From Cetorhinus maximus (Eukaryota), in NCBI RefSeq assembly GCF_964194155.1, contig NC_135882.1, positions 1,426,001 through 1,490,000 of the forward strand: a stretch of DNA of 64,000 nucleotides. The letters are read 5' to 3'. How positions within the stretch are numbered: the stretch's first letter is position 1; each line of letters opens with the position of its first letter. The notes beneath the pieces are model-generated. The model made no database searches. It was given only the letters and a program-made list of their open reading frames with translations, and was not told the origin of the DNA. Shown here in pieces: positions 24,615-38,068 of the stretch. A program made the position numbers and the translations under genes.

Positions 24615-25360
24615 CAAAAGTAACAGTGGGTTGTTGTGATCTGGAATGCACTGTCTGGAAGAGTGGTGGAAGCAGTTTCAGTGGTAACTTTCAAAAGGGA
24701 AATAGGATAAATAGTTGAAGGAGTAAACTTTGCAGAGCTATAGGGAAGAGCAGGGGATTGAGACTATTTGGGATGGCCCTGTCAATGAGCCAACACAGGC
24801 AAAATGGACTGAATGGTCTCCTGCGCTGTATCATTCTGTGATTCTGAGAGTCCAATATGTGCTGGCCACACAGAAAGGACACATTGGCCTTGGATGACGT
24901 GCAGCAAGATTCACTAGAATATGATGGGGACTCCCACCAATAGATTGTGAGTACAGATTACACAAACTAGGTTTGCATTCCTGGGAATGTAGAAAGTTAA
25001 GAGGTGATTCGATTGTGATTTTTAGGCTTTTGAAAGGAATTGGTAGGGTAGATGGAGAGAAACTTTTATTGTCCACTGATGGTGGATTTAACACAAGTGG
25101 ATATGAGCTGAAAATCATGGCCAGGCAATTCAGGGGCAAAGTTTGGAAGCATTTTTTTCCACACACACACACACACACAGCAGTGGAAATGTGGAACCCT
25201 CTCCCATTAAAAGTGGTAGTTGCTAGCTCAATTAATTTTAAATCTCAGATCAATAGATTTTTGCTAGCTAAGGATATTAATGGATATGGAAGCAAGGCAG
25301 GGAAGTGGAGTTAGGATACAGATCACCCATGACCTCATTGAATGGAAGAACAGGCTTGTG
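24615..25360 (+). mobile_element. Two CR1 3' fragments (one with a short CA microsatellite)
   Basis: gtgatctggaatgcactgtctgga..cattctgtgattctg; RKLRGDSIVIFRLLKG..WNPLP. Confidence 0.75.
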
Positions 25361-25364
25361 GCAC

Positions 25365-25602
25365 TTTATTCATTGTTGTGACATGGACATCTCTGGCAAG
25401 GCCAGCGTTTATTGCCCATCTCTCTGTGCCCTTGAGAAGGTGGTTGAGAGTCGCCTACTTGAACTGTTGCATGCATGTGATGACGGCGCTCCCACAATGT
25501 TGTTCGGTAGGATGTTCCAGGATTTTAACGCAACAATGTTGAAGAAATAGTGATATATTTCCAAGTCAGGATGGTGTGTGACTTCTAGGGGAACTTGCAT
25601 GT
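25365..25602 (-). mobile_element. LINE-B 3' fragment
   Basis: ttattgcccatc..gcccttgagaaggtggt..ttccaggatttt..atatttccaagtcaggatgg, matching the reverse complement of 46200-46420. Confidence 0.8.
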
Positions 25603-25619
25603 GTTAAGAGAAAGATCGT

Positions 25620-26295
25620 GGGCAGAATTTTCACCTTGGCGGGTGGGCGCGCGCCCGACCTGCTCGAGCGTGAAACGACACGTGTTGACGTTGGGTGAGC
25701 GTCCCGATGTCAGCAGCAGTCGCACGATAGTTCAGTCGGTGGGTGTGTGTGGGTAATCGGCAGCGTGCCCGCCAACAATTAAAAGGCCTGTTTAAGGCCA
25801 TTAAAGAATCAATTAAGTTAAACATTTCCCTGCCCATCCAACCTCGCGGTTAGCGGGCAGGTGAAAAGGCCAAGCGGCCTTTGCATTTTTTTGGAAACCT
25901 CATCCATGGGCAGCATGAGGTTTCCAAAAGCAAATAAAAATAAAATAAAAGTTTTAAAATTTAATTAATAACATGCCCCTGCTCATGTGACAGGGTCACA
26001 TGAGGGTACATGTTTTATTGCAATTTTCAATTCTTTATTTTCTTTTTAGAAAAAGTCTTCACCTCCCTGAGGCAGCTCTGTGCCTCAGGGAGATTATCAA
26101 GCGCGCACTCTGCGCAAAGTTCGTGCTCACCCAGCTCGCCTCCCCCCGCGCCTGCACACACAGCGCTGAGTGCTGCTGCTCGCGTTTCAGGTAGGCCTTA
26201 ATTGGCCCGCCAGTGTGAAATTACCTTCCTGCCTTGAACACTGGTGCCCGCCCGCCCACCTCCGCCGAGCCTGCCAGATGAGCTAAACTCTGCCC
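25620..26295. mobile_element. Harbinger-like MITE M1 (copy 2)
   Basis: TIRs gggcagaattt / aaactctgccc; flanks cgt/cat (degenerate 3-bp TSD); colinear with 1220-1905. Confidence 0.75.
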
Positions 26296-26407
26296 CATAT
26301 TTCTGCAATTCATATTGCATGACAAACATTCATCATTAATAGTGCCAATTAATGGAGTTACCACACTGCTTCCATGACACTAACAAGACACTGCATCCAA
26401 GCCCAGG

Positions 26408-26602
26408 AAAAACTCAGCAGGTCTGGCAGCATCGGTGGAGAAGAAAAGAATTGACGTTTCGAGTCCTCATGACCCTTCGGCACTCGAAACGTCGACTCTT
26501 TTCTTCTCCACCGATGCTGCCAGACCTGCTGAGTTTTTCCAGGTAATTCTGTTTTTGTTTTGGATTTCCAGCATCTGCGGTAGCTTTTAGCTTTTTGTTT
26601 TT
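26408..26602 (+). mobile_element. Penelope-like foldback mini insertion (second subfamily)
   Basis: ~60-bp inverted arms centred near 26470, tail on the right only, 13-bp TSD atccaagcccagg (26395-26407 / 26603-26615). Confidence 0.87.
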
Positions 26603-29600
26603 ATCCAAGCCCAGGGCTGGTAACCTGACACCTGGGGGTGCTAGCTCTACCAAATGAACCATTGTTTCAGGATGAAGCATTTCAGTGAAATTCAGCTGAC
26701 CCTATGCTTAAAATATTTAAAATTTGATTTTATTCCCAGTAAGTTTGGGTTATTGTGTGAGTGCTGTTTGAAGGAACTGCACAGCAGTTCTTATTACTCA
26801 GCTTGGAGTTGTTTCCCACACCTCCCTTCCTTTTCCTCCTGGCTTCCAGTTGATAGCTTGGCTTATCTTGAACTTCCTCCTCATCTTTAGAGGGACCAGT
26901 GGCTGTCTGAGGGACTTCAGCTAATGCTGAGGGCCTTGGAGAGAGTGCTGCTCATCATGCTAAGGGTTGAGGCGTACCTACTAATGCTCCCTGCCATATT
27001 CACACGGCCACTCCAGGGATAGATGATCCCTGAAGGTGATTTATTAGTTAATAGCTCTTTAGTGCAGATGTTAAATAAAATTACACGTGTGCAAAAGAGA
27101 TACTGCAAGGAAATGACCCAGCTGGAGGGAGATGGTGCTGCTGCAGGAAAGCAGTGAAAAGAGGCTGGGAACACTGTTGGAGCAAGAAGCTATCTGTTGC
27201 TGACTGTAAGCTGGTGGTCACAAAATCTGCAGTGCTGTATTCCTATAAACACACCAAACTATCCCTTACATGCAGTAGATTGTTGTTTTAGGGATTTTGG
27301 ACTCTAGATTTTGATATTTTCACTGGTTGAAACTGTGTAATGTCTTTACTGACAGATGTCTTTGAGAGACCATACATAAAAGCAAACTACAAAATGCACT
27401 GGACAAATTACATGTCAAGAAAAAGTTTATGATTACAGGATACTTTCTTACCGTTTACACTTGTAACCTAACCTGGGTTCATTTGAAATCTTTGTTATAG
27501 ATACAGCTTTCAGGATTGAGAAGAAAGACCTTGGTGTCATTTAGCATTGCTTAGCTTAACTCCCATCACTTTCTAAAGTGAACATGTACATCTTTGACTT
27601 GACTGCATTAGGCTACCAAGTTTGGTGATTAATTGGAAAGATAAGAGAAAAGCAACAACAAGACAGTGGAGTGCAGTAAAGGCCTTGAGGATGGGGGCTG
27701 AGGAGTGATGGCAATGAAAGAAGTGTTATGCTTCATGCCCTTTGCCTTCCTGATGATCCATACTGATAAAAGGTGACTCTTCATTAGCTGGTACAAAACC
27801 TGATGTTCTTTTTAACACAGAACTTGTTTCTTACAGATTAAACCAATGATGTTGCCTTATCCTTGGCTAGTATCAGGGATGTGAGTGGAAAGGGCAGTCC
27901 ACACAAAGCACAGCCGTTTTACACTCTGTTCTATTCGGATATTTATCTGTTTATCTTGCGTTAGTTTAATCACTCATAGCAGTAGGAGGAAAGGACACAC
28001 GGAATAGGATGTGCCAGGCTCTGTTTTGGAGTTGCTGGGAATAGTGGCTTTCCATTGCCTTTGAGAGACACTCTTTCAGTTGGAAGTAAAGACAAGTTAA
28101 TGATGCATTGCAAGTAGAATTCTTCACACAGCTGGAAGTCACTTAATTTTTCACTTTTCCTGAAGAAAAGGGCTTGATGTTTCAGGTTTAAGTTGCAAAA
28201 CTAAAATCAGTGATCAATGCAGCATCCTCAGATGTTTAGAGATCAGATTGTTGCCCTTCACATGCAAGTGGGTGTCCCGCTCCAAAGTACCAATGAAGAA
28301 TGATCAGAGAATGTTCTTTTTTTGAGATTTTTGATGTAATGATCTGTTTATGTGACCACACTTTCTCCCATGCCATATAAACCCCACCTTTGGACTGGTT
28401 TCTACGGTCCTCTTGTTACCTGTTAGTTTCTGCATTATAAGCTACTGTGAATATTTGCTTAAAATTCCTTTTATGTTTTAAGTTAGCTGCTATTCATTAT
28501 GCATGAAGTTTTGACTGGTCACCACATGATCCAGTGTAATAATCTTCCTCATTTGGTGTCCGCTGCACTATGTAATTTATTTAAAATCCATGTTACCACT
28601 TACAGGTTCCTCAGTGGTCTCATTTCCTCATACCTGTGCAATTTTCTACAGGTTTTAAGCCCCTGCCACCACCCCCGACCCCCTACTTTTCCCGTCCATC
28701 TGGCCGCCTCTCTCCATTCTATCATTTATCATCAGTAGCAGAGCTTTCAGACTCTTTGGCAACATCCTCCAGAATGATTGGCCTTAACTATTTTCTTCAT
28801 CCCGAGTTTTCTGAAAGTCCTTCTCTTCAACCAAGTCACTGCTCCCAACCCCCTGCAGAGATTCGCTACTTGTCCCTTCATTAGAGTTGCATTCTAAAGG
28901 CAAGTTGCTGTTAAAGCAGAAATCTTCATGTTCTGATGGTTCAGCTACCCACTGAATACATTTGCTGAGCATTACATATTAACAGAAAATCTATTATTCT
29001 GCAAGGCTTTCAGCTGCTACAAGTTTGCATGTTTACATTAAAATAGAACAGCAGCAATTGCACAGCAGATCAGCTTCTGAAAGAAAAGATTGGTTCACAT
29101 TTTGGTTAAAACCTGACATTGTTTTCTCTGAGTGGCAAAGCTAACTGAATCCATGTGAGTCAAATAATGCACAGGTAAGAAGGAGCAGAACCTTTAAATC
29201 ACTGTCAGCTTTTTTCAATTTGCGTAATTGTGATAAAACAACAAATGTAATGTTTGTTATTTCTCTTGCTGAGATTAATGAGGTGTAACCAGAACTCATT
29301 ACATTGATCTGTCATCGCTTCACTTCTGATACTGTAAATGCTCCTTACAAGATTTAAGACAGTCAGCAAGTTGAGTTTCAGAAAAGCCCGCTGTTGTAAA
29401 TGTGAAAAGGCACTGAACTTTCTTTTGCAGAGAAAGGGTCGTGGGGGAATATGAGCAACTTGCGCATCACTTAAAAAGACTGGAGTTTATTTTGGAATTA
29501 AAATGTCTGACAAATGATAAGAGGGATTTAAAGTTCAAAAAGAAAGGAGAAAAGCTGATATCAGCACTGCTTCACAGTGACACCAGATAACCATCACATC

Positions 29601-30429
29601 AGGATTCTTTAGGCTGTTGAGCTTGACCCAGAGTTTGGCACCAAGCTGCTTTTGTTTAACCTTAGCAGAGAACTTAGGGTCACTTAGAATGTTCTGCTTG
29701 TTACTAACTGGGCTCAGTACAACAAAAAGGGAGTCTAGCTTGGTCCCTGTTTGACAAACACTAACCTGTCTGTGTATTGTTCAATTGGTGTCATCCAATT
29801 TAAGAAAGAAATCAAATCATCAGGGTGATAAGTGGTTTTATTGAGTTTATTCCATCACTGCAATTACATAAACATTGGAACTTTTTAGAAAACAAATTTA
29901 GCTTGGTCACTATTTTAGTTGTTGTCTTAAAAATAGCAAACTGAAACTGAAAAAGGTTGTGAATGCACTTGTATAATCTCTCTCGATTATATATTATGAA
30001 TTGAACAATGTCTTAATTTTCCAATTGTTTTGTAACTTGCATTTGTGTAAGATGGTCTGTTAAGCTGATGAACATATACACACAGGTAAATACCAAAATC
30101 TGTTCTGTGTTCTCGTTGCAGAAGAGCAGAAAGTTGAGACACTACCTCATACACCTTTATACTGTAAAATGTGATTTTGCCCAATAATTATAATCATGGC
30201 ATCATCATTTGCATTTGTGCCATATCTGACCACTTTGCTGCAAGCTTGTTGAAGTTTCTGCTTTTATTTTAGCACCTCAATCCAAATGTTGTACCTGTCT
30301 ATTAAGTCCACTCCAATCCACTTATAACTAACCACCGTTGTTGACATGTGTTCCCTGTAGTCCTAATTATACAGAGCTATTGACAATGTAAAAGTTGAAA
30401 TAGTTGCATTATTGCACAGCAATATAGGA

Positions 30430-31270
30430 ATGAATAGGGCCAGACAAGACCCTGCCTGGCCCCTCTGTTTAGGGAATATATTCTTCTATCTCATGTATCC
30501 TCCTATTAAAATGTTCACCAGAGACTTATCTAACTTTCTGTTGAATTGGCTAACACAATCAGTCCCACTTCCTCTCCTTACAGTCCATTTTAAACATTCA
30601 CCATTCTCTGCATTAAATCTAAATTGTGTTTCTACCTTCCCCATATTAAGTTGGAAGCAAGGTCCCCGTGTCGTTTCTACGATTGTGTTCAATATATTTA
30701 TGTTTACATTGTTTACCCTTTAGCATGTTATGTAGGTTCACAGAGTCTTCTCTTCCCCAGTTTTAGCATTCTCAACTTCTCTGACCCCGTCTCATAACCT
30801 GGGTGCCTGATCTCAGTTGTTAATATAGTTGCAATTTGCTGTGCCCTTTCCAATATCTGGATGCCTTTCTCATAATATGGTGACCAGACTTGTGCATGTT
30901 ACTTTGAATTGGGCTGGACCAGCACTATCTACAAATTCAAACGATACTATTCCTCTAGGTATAGCGCCCAAGCCGCCGGTGGCTTCAGTGATCTAGGCAT
31001 GAGTACTACCACAACCCTCTCCTGCATCATGTTTTGCACAGTTATACCATTTAGCTTATGTTGCGACTGTTTATTGTCCTTTATAAATATCTACATTTGG
31101 CCACATTTAATCACATGTCACTTGTCCCCATATCCAGGACGTCTGTATTTAACCAGGCTGTTCTTGCTTCTTTGCAGGCCCTTCCAGTTTGATATGAACT
31201 GCAAGTTTGGAGAGTTTTATTTCTGTCCTCGCTTCCTAGTCATTAAGTAATTGCAAATAGAAATGGGCCC
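30430..31270 (-). mobile_element. Old CR1-group LINE 3' fragment
   Basis: ETTRGPCFQL..FNRKLDK. Reverse-strand ctggtcaccatattatgagaaagg (WSPYYxK-like). Confidence 0.5.
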
Positions 31271-31339
31271 CCAGCTCCTACACCATATCTTAGCAAGAGC
31301 TACGCATGCAGATGGCCCACTGGATGGTTCAAAAGCTAA

Positions 31340-31830
31340 CAAAAAATCCAGAACCATATCTTAATTATCCAAAACTCCGCCTTGCAAAACCTGTACAAAG
31401 TCCTACATGCCCATCAGTTCGATCCTCAATGACACACACTGGCTTCCCTTCCCTCAACATATTAAATTCAAATCCTCACTCACCTTTTGTCCAGTCCCAT
31501 CTCTGCCATCTCCTCCAACTTGATATTCCCTCTGAAACATTCTGTTCCTCTGACTCTGAACTTGCGTGCACCCTCGTCACCCCATGTTCTACCATTGGTA
31601 GCAGAGACTTTGGCAGTTTCCCTCCTAAACTCCGAAGCTCCCAAACCAAACCTCTCTGTAGCTCTCTCCCCACCTTTTAAAAAGCCTCCTTAATTTGAAT
31701 CTCTTGGTTCAGCTTTTCAGCTTCCCCAAAACTCCCCCTTTGCTGGTTTGGTATCCATTTCCATTACATTGATTTGTGAAGTGCTTTAAGACAATTCTTC
31801 ACATCAGAGTTCCTAAACAGATGTAAATAT
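31340..31830 (+). mobile_element. Old L2-like 3' fragment
   Basis: atccaaaactccgc..cactggcttccc..attaaattcaaatcct..tgtgaagtgcttt. Confidence 0.5.
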
Positions 31831-32056
31831 TTGTAATAGCTTGGACCTAAAATACATATCTGATTGCTTTTAGGAGTAGTAGTTTATTCCTAGCTATAAG
31901 TTATTTAATCTGTAAGTTAAAACAATGTTAAGAAAACTAATTCAGCAATGATAGTTAAGATTTTAAAGCACATCAGCCATAATTTAGTTATTTTGGGCAT
32001 CCTTTCATAAGCATTGCATTAAGTCATTAACAAAATGTGCAGATTTTTTATTTAGA

Positions 32057-32190
32057 TGAAAACAAAATACTGCAGATGTTGAAAATCTGAAATAAAAACA
32101 AAAAATGTTGGAAAAACTCAGCAAGTCTGGCAGCATCTGTGTAGAGAGAAACAGAGTTAACGTTTCGAGTCCATATGACTCTTCTTCAGA
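32057..32190 (-). mobile_element. Penelope-like pLTR end with tail; contains a hammerhead motif with CUGAAGA core
   Basis: Reverse strand: tctgaagaagagtcatatggactcgaaacgttaactctg..agatgctgccagacttgctgagtttttcc. Confidence 0.8.
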
Positions 32191-32349
32191 CTCGATTAAC
32201 ATATATTTAACTTGATTAATATAAAGCTGGAGTTTGCAAAAAAAGAAACCGATACTTTGGAAGCCTGAGTAGTGCTCCAGCATCAAAACTAAACATTCTA
32301 ACGTAATTGCTCTGAGACTATAAAATTAGGAAACTGTCCAAAGTTCTGA

Positions 32350-33010
32350 ATTTTTTTTTATTCTGGGACGTGGGCGTCGCTGGCTGGGCCAGCATTTATT
32401 GCCCATCACTAATTGCCTTTGAGAAGGCAAAGAAGGTTCTTGAACCACTGCAGTCCATGTGGTGTAGGTACACCTACAGTGCTGTTAGGAAGGGAGTTCC
32501 AGGATTTTGACCCAGTGACAGTGAAGGAATGGCAATATTGTTCTAAGTCAGGATGCTGTGTGGCTTTGAGGGGAATTTGCAGGCGATGGTGTTCCCATGC
32601 ATTTGCTGCCCTTGTCTTTCTCTGTAGTAGAGGTCTCAGGTTTGGAAGGTGCTATTGAAGGAGCCTTGGTGAGTTGCTGCAGTGCAACTTGTGGATGGTA
32701 CACAATGCTGCCACTATACGTTGGTGGTGGAGGGAGTGAATTGTGGTGGATGAGGTGCCAATCAAGGTGGTTGCTTTGTCCTGGACGGTGTCAAGCTTCT
32801 TGAGTGCTGTTGGAGCGGCACTCATCCAGGCAAGTGGAGAGTATTCCATCACATTCCTGACTTGTGCCTTGTAGATGGTGGACAGGCTTTGGGGATTCAG
32901 GAGGTGAGTTATTCTCCTCAGAATCTACAGCCTCTGACCTTCTCTTGTATTCACAGTATTTATATGGCTAGTCCAGTTCTTGGTCAATGGTAACCCCTAA
33001 GATATTGATG
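32350..33010 (-). mobile_element. LINE-B 3' fragment
   Basis: MEYSPLAWMSAAPTALKKLDTVQDKA, near-identical in protein to 45912..46115. Confidence 0.88.
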
Positions 33011-34944
33011 TTGCTCTCTTCCAATTAATTTTTAAATTCAACTTCAGCCATCTATCGGATCAAAATTGAAAAAAAAATAAAAAATTATTATGCAACAAAA
33101 ATTTACAGAAATGATGGCTTCAGAACTTTGGTGCTCAGCTCCCAGTTTGAAGATGCTGCTCTTCAGTTCAGCCCCAATACTCAAAAATCAAGCAGATCAA
33201 GAAAGGGAAATGATTACTGAAGTCAGAGATGATTATCCCTCCTGGGGACAATGCAAAAAATATTTTTAATGACCACAAAATAAACCCCAATGGCTTTGAG
33301 CGCATGCTCTTGACATCACAACATGAACAAATAGTTAGTTACCCACTCATATTGCCCATTGGAAGTGCCCAGTATGAACCATGCTCCAAACTCAAAGTGA
33401 ACAAATGATAATTTACTCCAAGTTTGATGGATGGAGTGCATGGGGGCTGAGAGATTCTTGTGGTTTACAAAGGATTTGTTCCAAATTCAATTGTATAGAG
33501 ACATTTGTTTCAATTTTTTGGCATATCTGTTTAAGTCAACGTAATTTAAGATTTCACAAGCATTTTATCCATTTCCAGTAAAATCCAATAAAGTGCTGTT
33601 TCAGAAACTTAATTAGTATATTTGTTTATGTCTAGTAGAAAATGGAAAGTTTGTATGAATTTACTTCAACATATGCTGACATTGAGGAGCTTGTATAGTC
33701 TGGAGGTCATTTGAGAGGGTGATGTGTCAGAAAACTAATACTTCATTGGCACTGCTAAGTATGGAAAGGGTGGATTAACATAGTTTTGTATGCACATACA
33801 AACACATGTATGGAACACTAATTGCTGATTTCCAATTGCAATGACTTTCTGTTGACCAGATGATAGCATTTAAATGTTGCTGAGCAAAGGTTTTCTTTTT
33901 AATAAGGAGTGTGTTGCAGTGGCACAGTAATTCTGCTACTGATATGAAGCAAAACCAATGCTTCAGGAAGTCTGTTGTCATTTATAGCCAACACTACTAG
34001 GCTATTGCCATTGGCAGCTCAAAGATTTCCATGGCAAAGCCAGGATTAGCAGGCCAGTTTGGGGTATGGAAAACTGAAATAGTATTGAAATCCTGTATTT
34101 GATTACAAAATCTAAAACCTTAACACTATGCTTAAGTTTATCATAATCTGCCTTATATAAAAAAGTTTTGATTAAGAAGTTTTATCTTTGAGCATTTTTT
34201 GTTTGTAATGTAAACATTTATATCCAGTCTTATTTAGGATTACATAGAATATTAAAGCACAGAAACAGGCCACTCAATGCTGGCTTTTATGCTCCATGAG
34301 TCTCTTCCCATCCTACTTCATCTCACAGTCATATCCTTTTTTGTGCCAGAAATCTTTTGCATTATCTAATAGTTTGAATAAGTCCATATGTATAACACAA
34401 CACAGTGACAATTTGGTGCTTAAAATTTCAGATAATTTTAATTTCGAGCAGATTGTATTAATGAGAAAACAATTCTGATTAAAATTTCTGCCACATTTAT
34501 CATCTCGCAACCTGATGCCCTTACATCCGCCCACAATGTTACAGTGAGCTCATCATATGGGCGACTACCTGGGTAAGGTGGATAAAAGATGTGCTATCAA
34601 CGTTGCTTACAAGTAAAAAACAATGTTAAAATTTAACTTGAAAATATTCTGTACATCACTGTTTCTTACAGCATTTCGATATTGTCTGTAGCTAAGAGTA
34701 AACTATAACAAGTGGTCCAATTGGTGTGTATTTTAAAATTAATTTCAAGCATTTTGAATCCTGCAGCAGGCTGCCATAGAGATCTCAAGTCTCCTGCAAC
34801 ATTAGTCAGTTTGAGAAATGCTCATCTGTTAAATCTCCTGTTTGTGATAATATATCCACATGAATTAGTTTTCTAAATTATTACCCTTTCACACTAAAGT
34901 CTCACCTTTTTCACTACGCATACATATACACATCCCAATCCATT

Positions 34945-35225
34945 ATTCAGACAAGGCATTAAACTGAAGCCCTGACTGCCCTCTCAGATGGGCTATTTGA
35001 AGAAGAGGAGTTCTCCCAGTGTCCTGGCCAATTTTTATCCCTCAACCAATCTTTAAAGTAGATTGGTCATTTATTTCATTGTTATTTGTGCCATCTTATG
35101 TGAAATTTGGGTGCCATGTATCCTACATTGCAACAATGAGTGCAGTTCAAAAGTACTTCATTGGCTGAAAAGTGTTTTGGGATGTCCTGAAGTCATGTAA
35201 GGCTAGATAAATGCAAGTATTCTTG
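34945..35225 (+). mobile_element. Deu-domain SINE fragment
   Basis: gaagaagaggagttctcccagtgtcctggccaat..aaagtacttcattggctg..ataaatgcaagt. Confidence 0.7.
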
Positions 35226-36655
35226 CATAATGTGCACAGATCAATACTTGAATGTTGTTTTAAGAAGCAATCTTGCTGTCAAATCTTTTTTTAATTAAAT
35301 GTAATGCAAAGAATTATGATAAGTTTCAACATTCTTTTGTTTCTTTCTAGGATCAGTTCCTTGGGTTTTTTAAAAATGCATTCGGTTAAACAGCGAATGC
35401 TGGTGATTTTGGGGAAAGGGCTAAAGAAGTATAGTTATTGGTGACCCTGACAGTCAAGGATACAGAAAAATGAATGGCAAGTGAGAGTCATTTTACTGAT
35501 ACAAAAATCAGTCCTAACAGCAATGGCAATTGTGATTTGTAGCTTCCATAATTGTGAGCACTAACCTCCCATTGCCACTGAGATGCCCTTTGTTAATTAT
35601 CAGTGTAGGAAAATTAGTGCATTCCCTTGGAGGATAGAGAAATGATCACATACCATATACCTATTGCCTTCACCTTCAGATTATCAAAGGACAAAAAGAT
35701 ATCTATCAGTAAGCAATGGCTTTGTAAAGTGTTATTTATAATTGTCTAACTGCACTGCGGAATAACAAAAGGAAATCTCAGAGTAAAAAACATTTGGCTA
35801 AGGATTAGGATTCTCTTTCCCATCTCGATGCAAGGCTGCTTTCTCACAGGGTCCTAATTCTGCTGGCAGAGTTTGAATAATTTTTCAAAGCACTCAGGAT
35901 CTTTTACATACAGATTTTGACTTCTCTGCCATGTGGACTTTGATCTGTGTATGAGACTAATCTGGCACCAGTCAGCATTGCCACTGACAATAACTCAAAG
36001 TTGGAGTTATGCCTGAATCCTGCAACATGGGGCTATAATTTCCTTATTTTCTGATATCTAATGGAGGTGTCACAAGTTTCCTACTTGCACTTGATTTAGT
36101 TTGATAGTACTACAGTTTAATCACTTTAATGCCAGGATTTACAGGTGCCTTTCTCTTCTTTTGAACCAAACAAAGCTAGCCTTTTTCACAAACAGATTTC
36201 ATGGAATAAAGATTCAATGGTTAGGCAGGCAGCTAAAGTGTCCGTAAGCCTCCTTCGATGACTGTGTAACTGATTCTTAATCCTGGGGAACAATACCAGT
36301 CTCGGAGACAATGTCCTCAATGATTCTGGGGGGCGGTGGGGGGTGGCCGGGGGTGGGGTAGTGTGCGGTGGCTTTGCACTCAGTTTGACCCTACTAATAT
36401 TTTTGGTACAGAAGTTTAGGCTACAAAGTACATACAGAACAATGGGCAAGTCAAAGAGATTTACACAGTGGTAATGAGATCAGTAGATGCTTATAAAAAC
36501 AAGAGAAAAGCTCAACTGATGTGAGCTTGTTATCTAAATAAGGGGATTGTGTTGGGCCTACCCCTACCTGTTATTATGTATTTTCAATAATGTTATGCAG
36601 GTTGTAAAATCCTGGTGGCTTATCAGTAGTTTCAAACTGTCTCAGATCCTTCTGA

Positions 36656-37885
36656 TGAAAGCAAAAAAACTGCGGATGCTGGAAATCCAAAACAAAAACA
36701 AAAATAAAAATACCTGGAAAAACTCAGCAGGTCTGACAGCACCTGCAGAGAGGAACACAGTTAACGTTTCGAGTCTGTATGACTCTTCAACAGAACTGAG
36801 GAAAAATAGAAAAGAGGTGAAATATAAGCTGGTTTAAGGGGGGGTGGGACAAGTAGAGCTGGATAGAGGGCCAGTGATAGGTGGAGATAACCAAAAGATG
36901 TCATAGACACAAGGACAAAGAGGTGTTGAAGGTGGTGATATTAGCTAAGAAATGTGCTAATACGTGACATTCGGGGTAGAAAGCAGGACGAGCAAGGGAC
37001 AGATAGCTCTAGTGGGGGTGGGGTGGGGTGGGGTGGGGGGAAGGGATCGAAATAGGCTAAAAGGTAGAGATAAAATAATGGATGGAAATACATTTAAAAA
37101 TAATGGAAATAGGTGGAAAAGAAAAATCTATATAAATTATTGGAAAAAAGGGGGATCGGAAAGGGGGTGAGATGGAGGAGAGAGTTCATGATCTAAAATT
37201 GTTGAACTCAATATTCAGTCCGGAAGGCTGTAAAGTGCCTAGTCGGAAGATGGGGTGCTGTTCCTCCAGTTTGCATTGAGCTTCACTGGAACAATGCAGC
37301 AGGCCAAGGATGGACATGTGGGCATGAGAGCAGGGTGGAGTGTTGAAATGGCAAGCTACAGGAAGGTCTGGGTCATGCTTGCAGACAGACCGAAGATGTT
37401 CCGCAAAGCAGTCACCCAGTCTGCGTTTGGTCTCTCCAATGTAGAGGAAACCGCATTGGGAGCAGCGAATGCAGTAGACTAAATTGAGGGAAGTGCAAGT
37501 GAAATGCTGCTTCACTTGAAAGGAGTGTTTGGGCCCTTGGACGGTGAGGAGAGGGGAAGTAAAGGTGCAGGTGTTGCACCTTCTGTGGTTGCATGGGAAG
37601 GTGCCATGGGAGGGGGTTGAGGTTTAGGGGGTGATGGAGGAGTGGACCAGGGTGTCCCGGAGGGAACGATCCCTACGGAATGCTGCCAGGGCGGGTGAAG
37701 GGAAGATGTGTTTGATGGTGGCGTCATGCTGGAGTTTGCGGAAATGGCGGAGGATGATCCTTTGAATGCGGAGGCTGGTGGGGTAATAAGTGAGGGCAAG
37801 GGAGACCTTAACACGGTTCTGGGAGGGAGAGGAAGGTGTGAGGGCGGATAGGTGGGAGATGGGCCAGGCACGGTTGAGGGCCCTG
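36656..37885 (-). mobile_element. 5'-truncated Penelope-like retroelement with GIY-YIG endonuclease remnant (37186-37515) and pLTR
   Basis: LVYCIRCSQCGFLYIGETKRRLGDCFAEH..HFN..LGTLQPSGLN. Perfect 14-bp TSD tcagatccttctga (36642-36655 / 37886-37899). Hammerhead motif near 36766-36808. Confidence 0.92.
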
Positions 37886-38068
37886 TCAGATCCTTCTGAG
37901 GTGGGCTCAATTTTGTAAATCTGTTGAGAAATGAGTGTGAGGATGTTATGGTTACTCTTTTGCCATGAAACGAGTGAATCTCTGCCCTGCCCATGTTCTG
38001 AAACTATCGTTAGAACTCTTGGTCTTCATGATTTGATATGTCAGTGCAAGCTGCTGTGTCCCAATGTG

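Noticed and set aside
26890-27210. GC-richer stretch as a coding exon
   Set aside because: Stops in all three + frames and no convincing splice pair.
35351-35480. Exon after the strong acceptor ttttgtttctttctag
   Set aside because: No convincing donor or protein-like frame.
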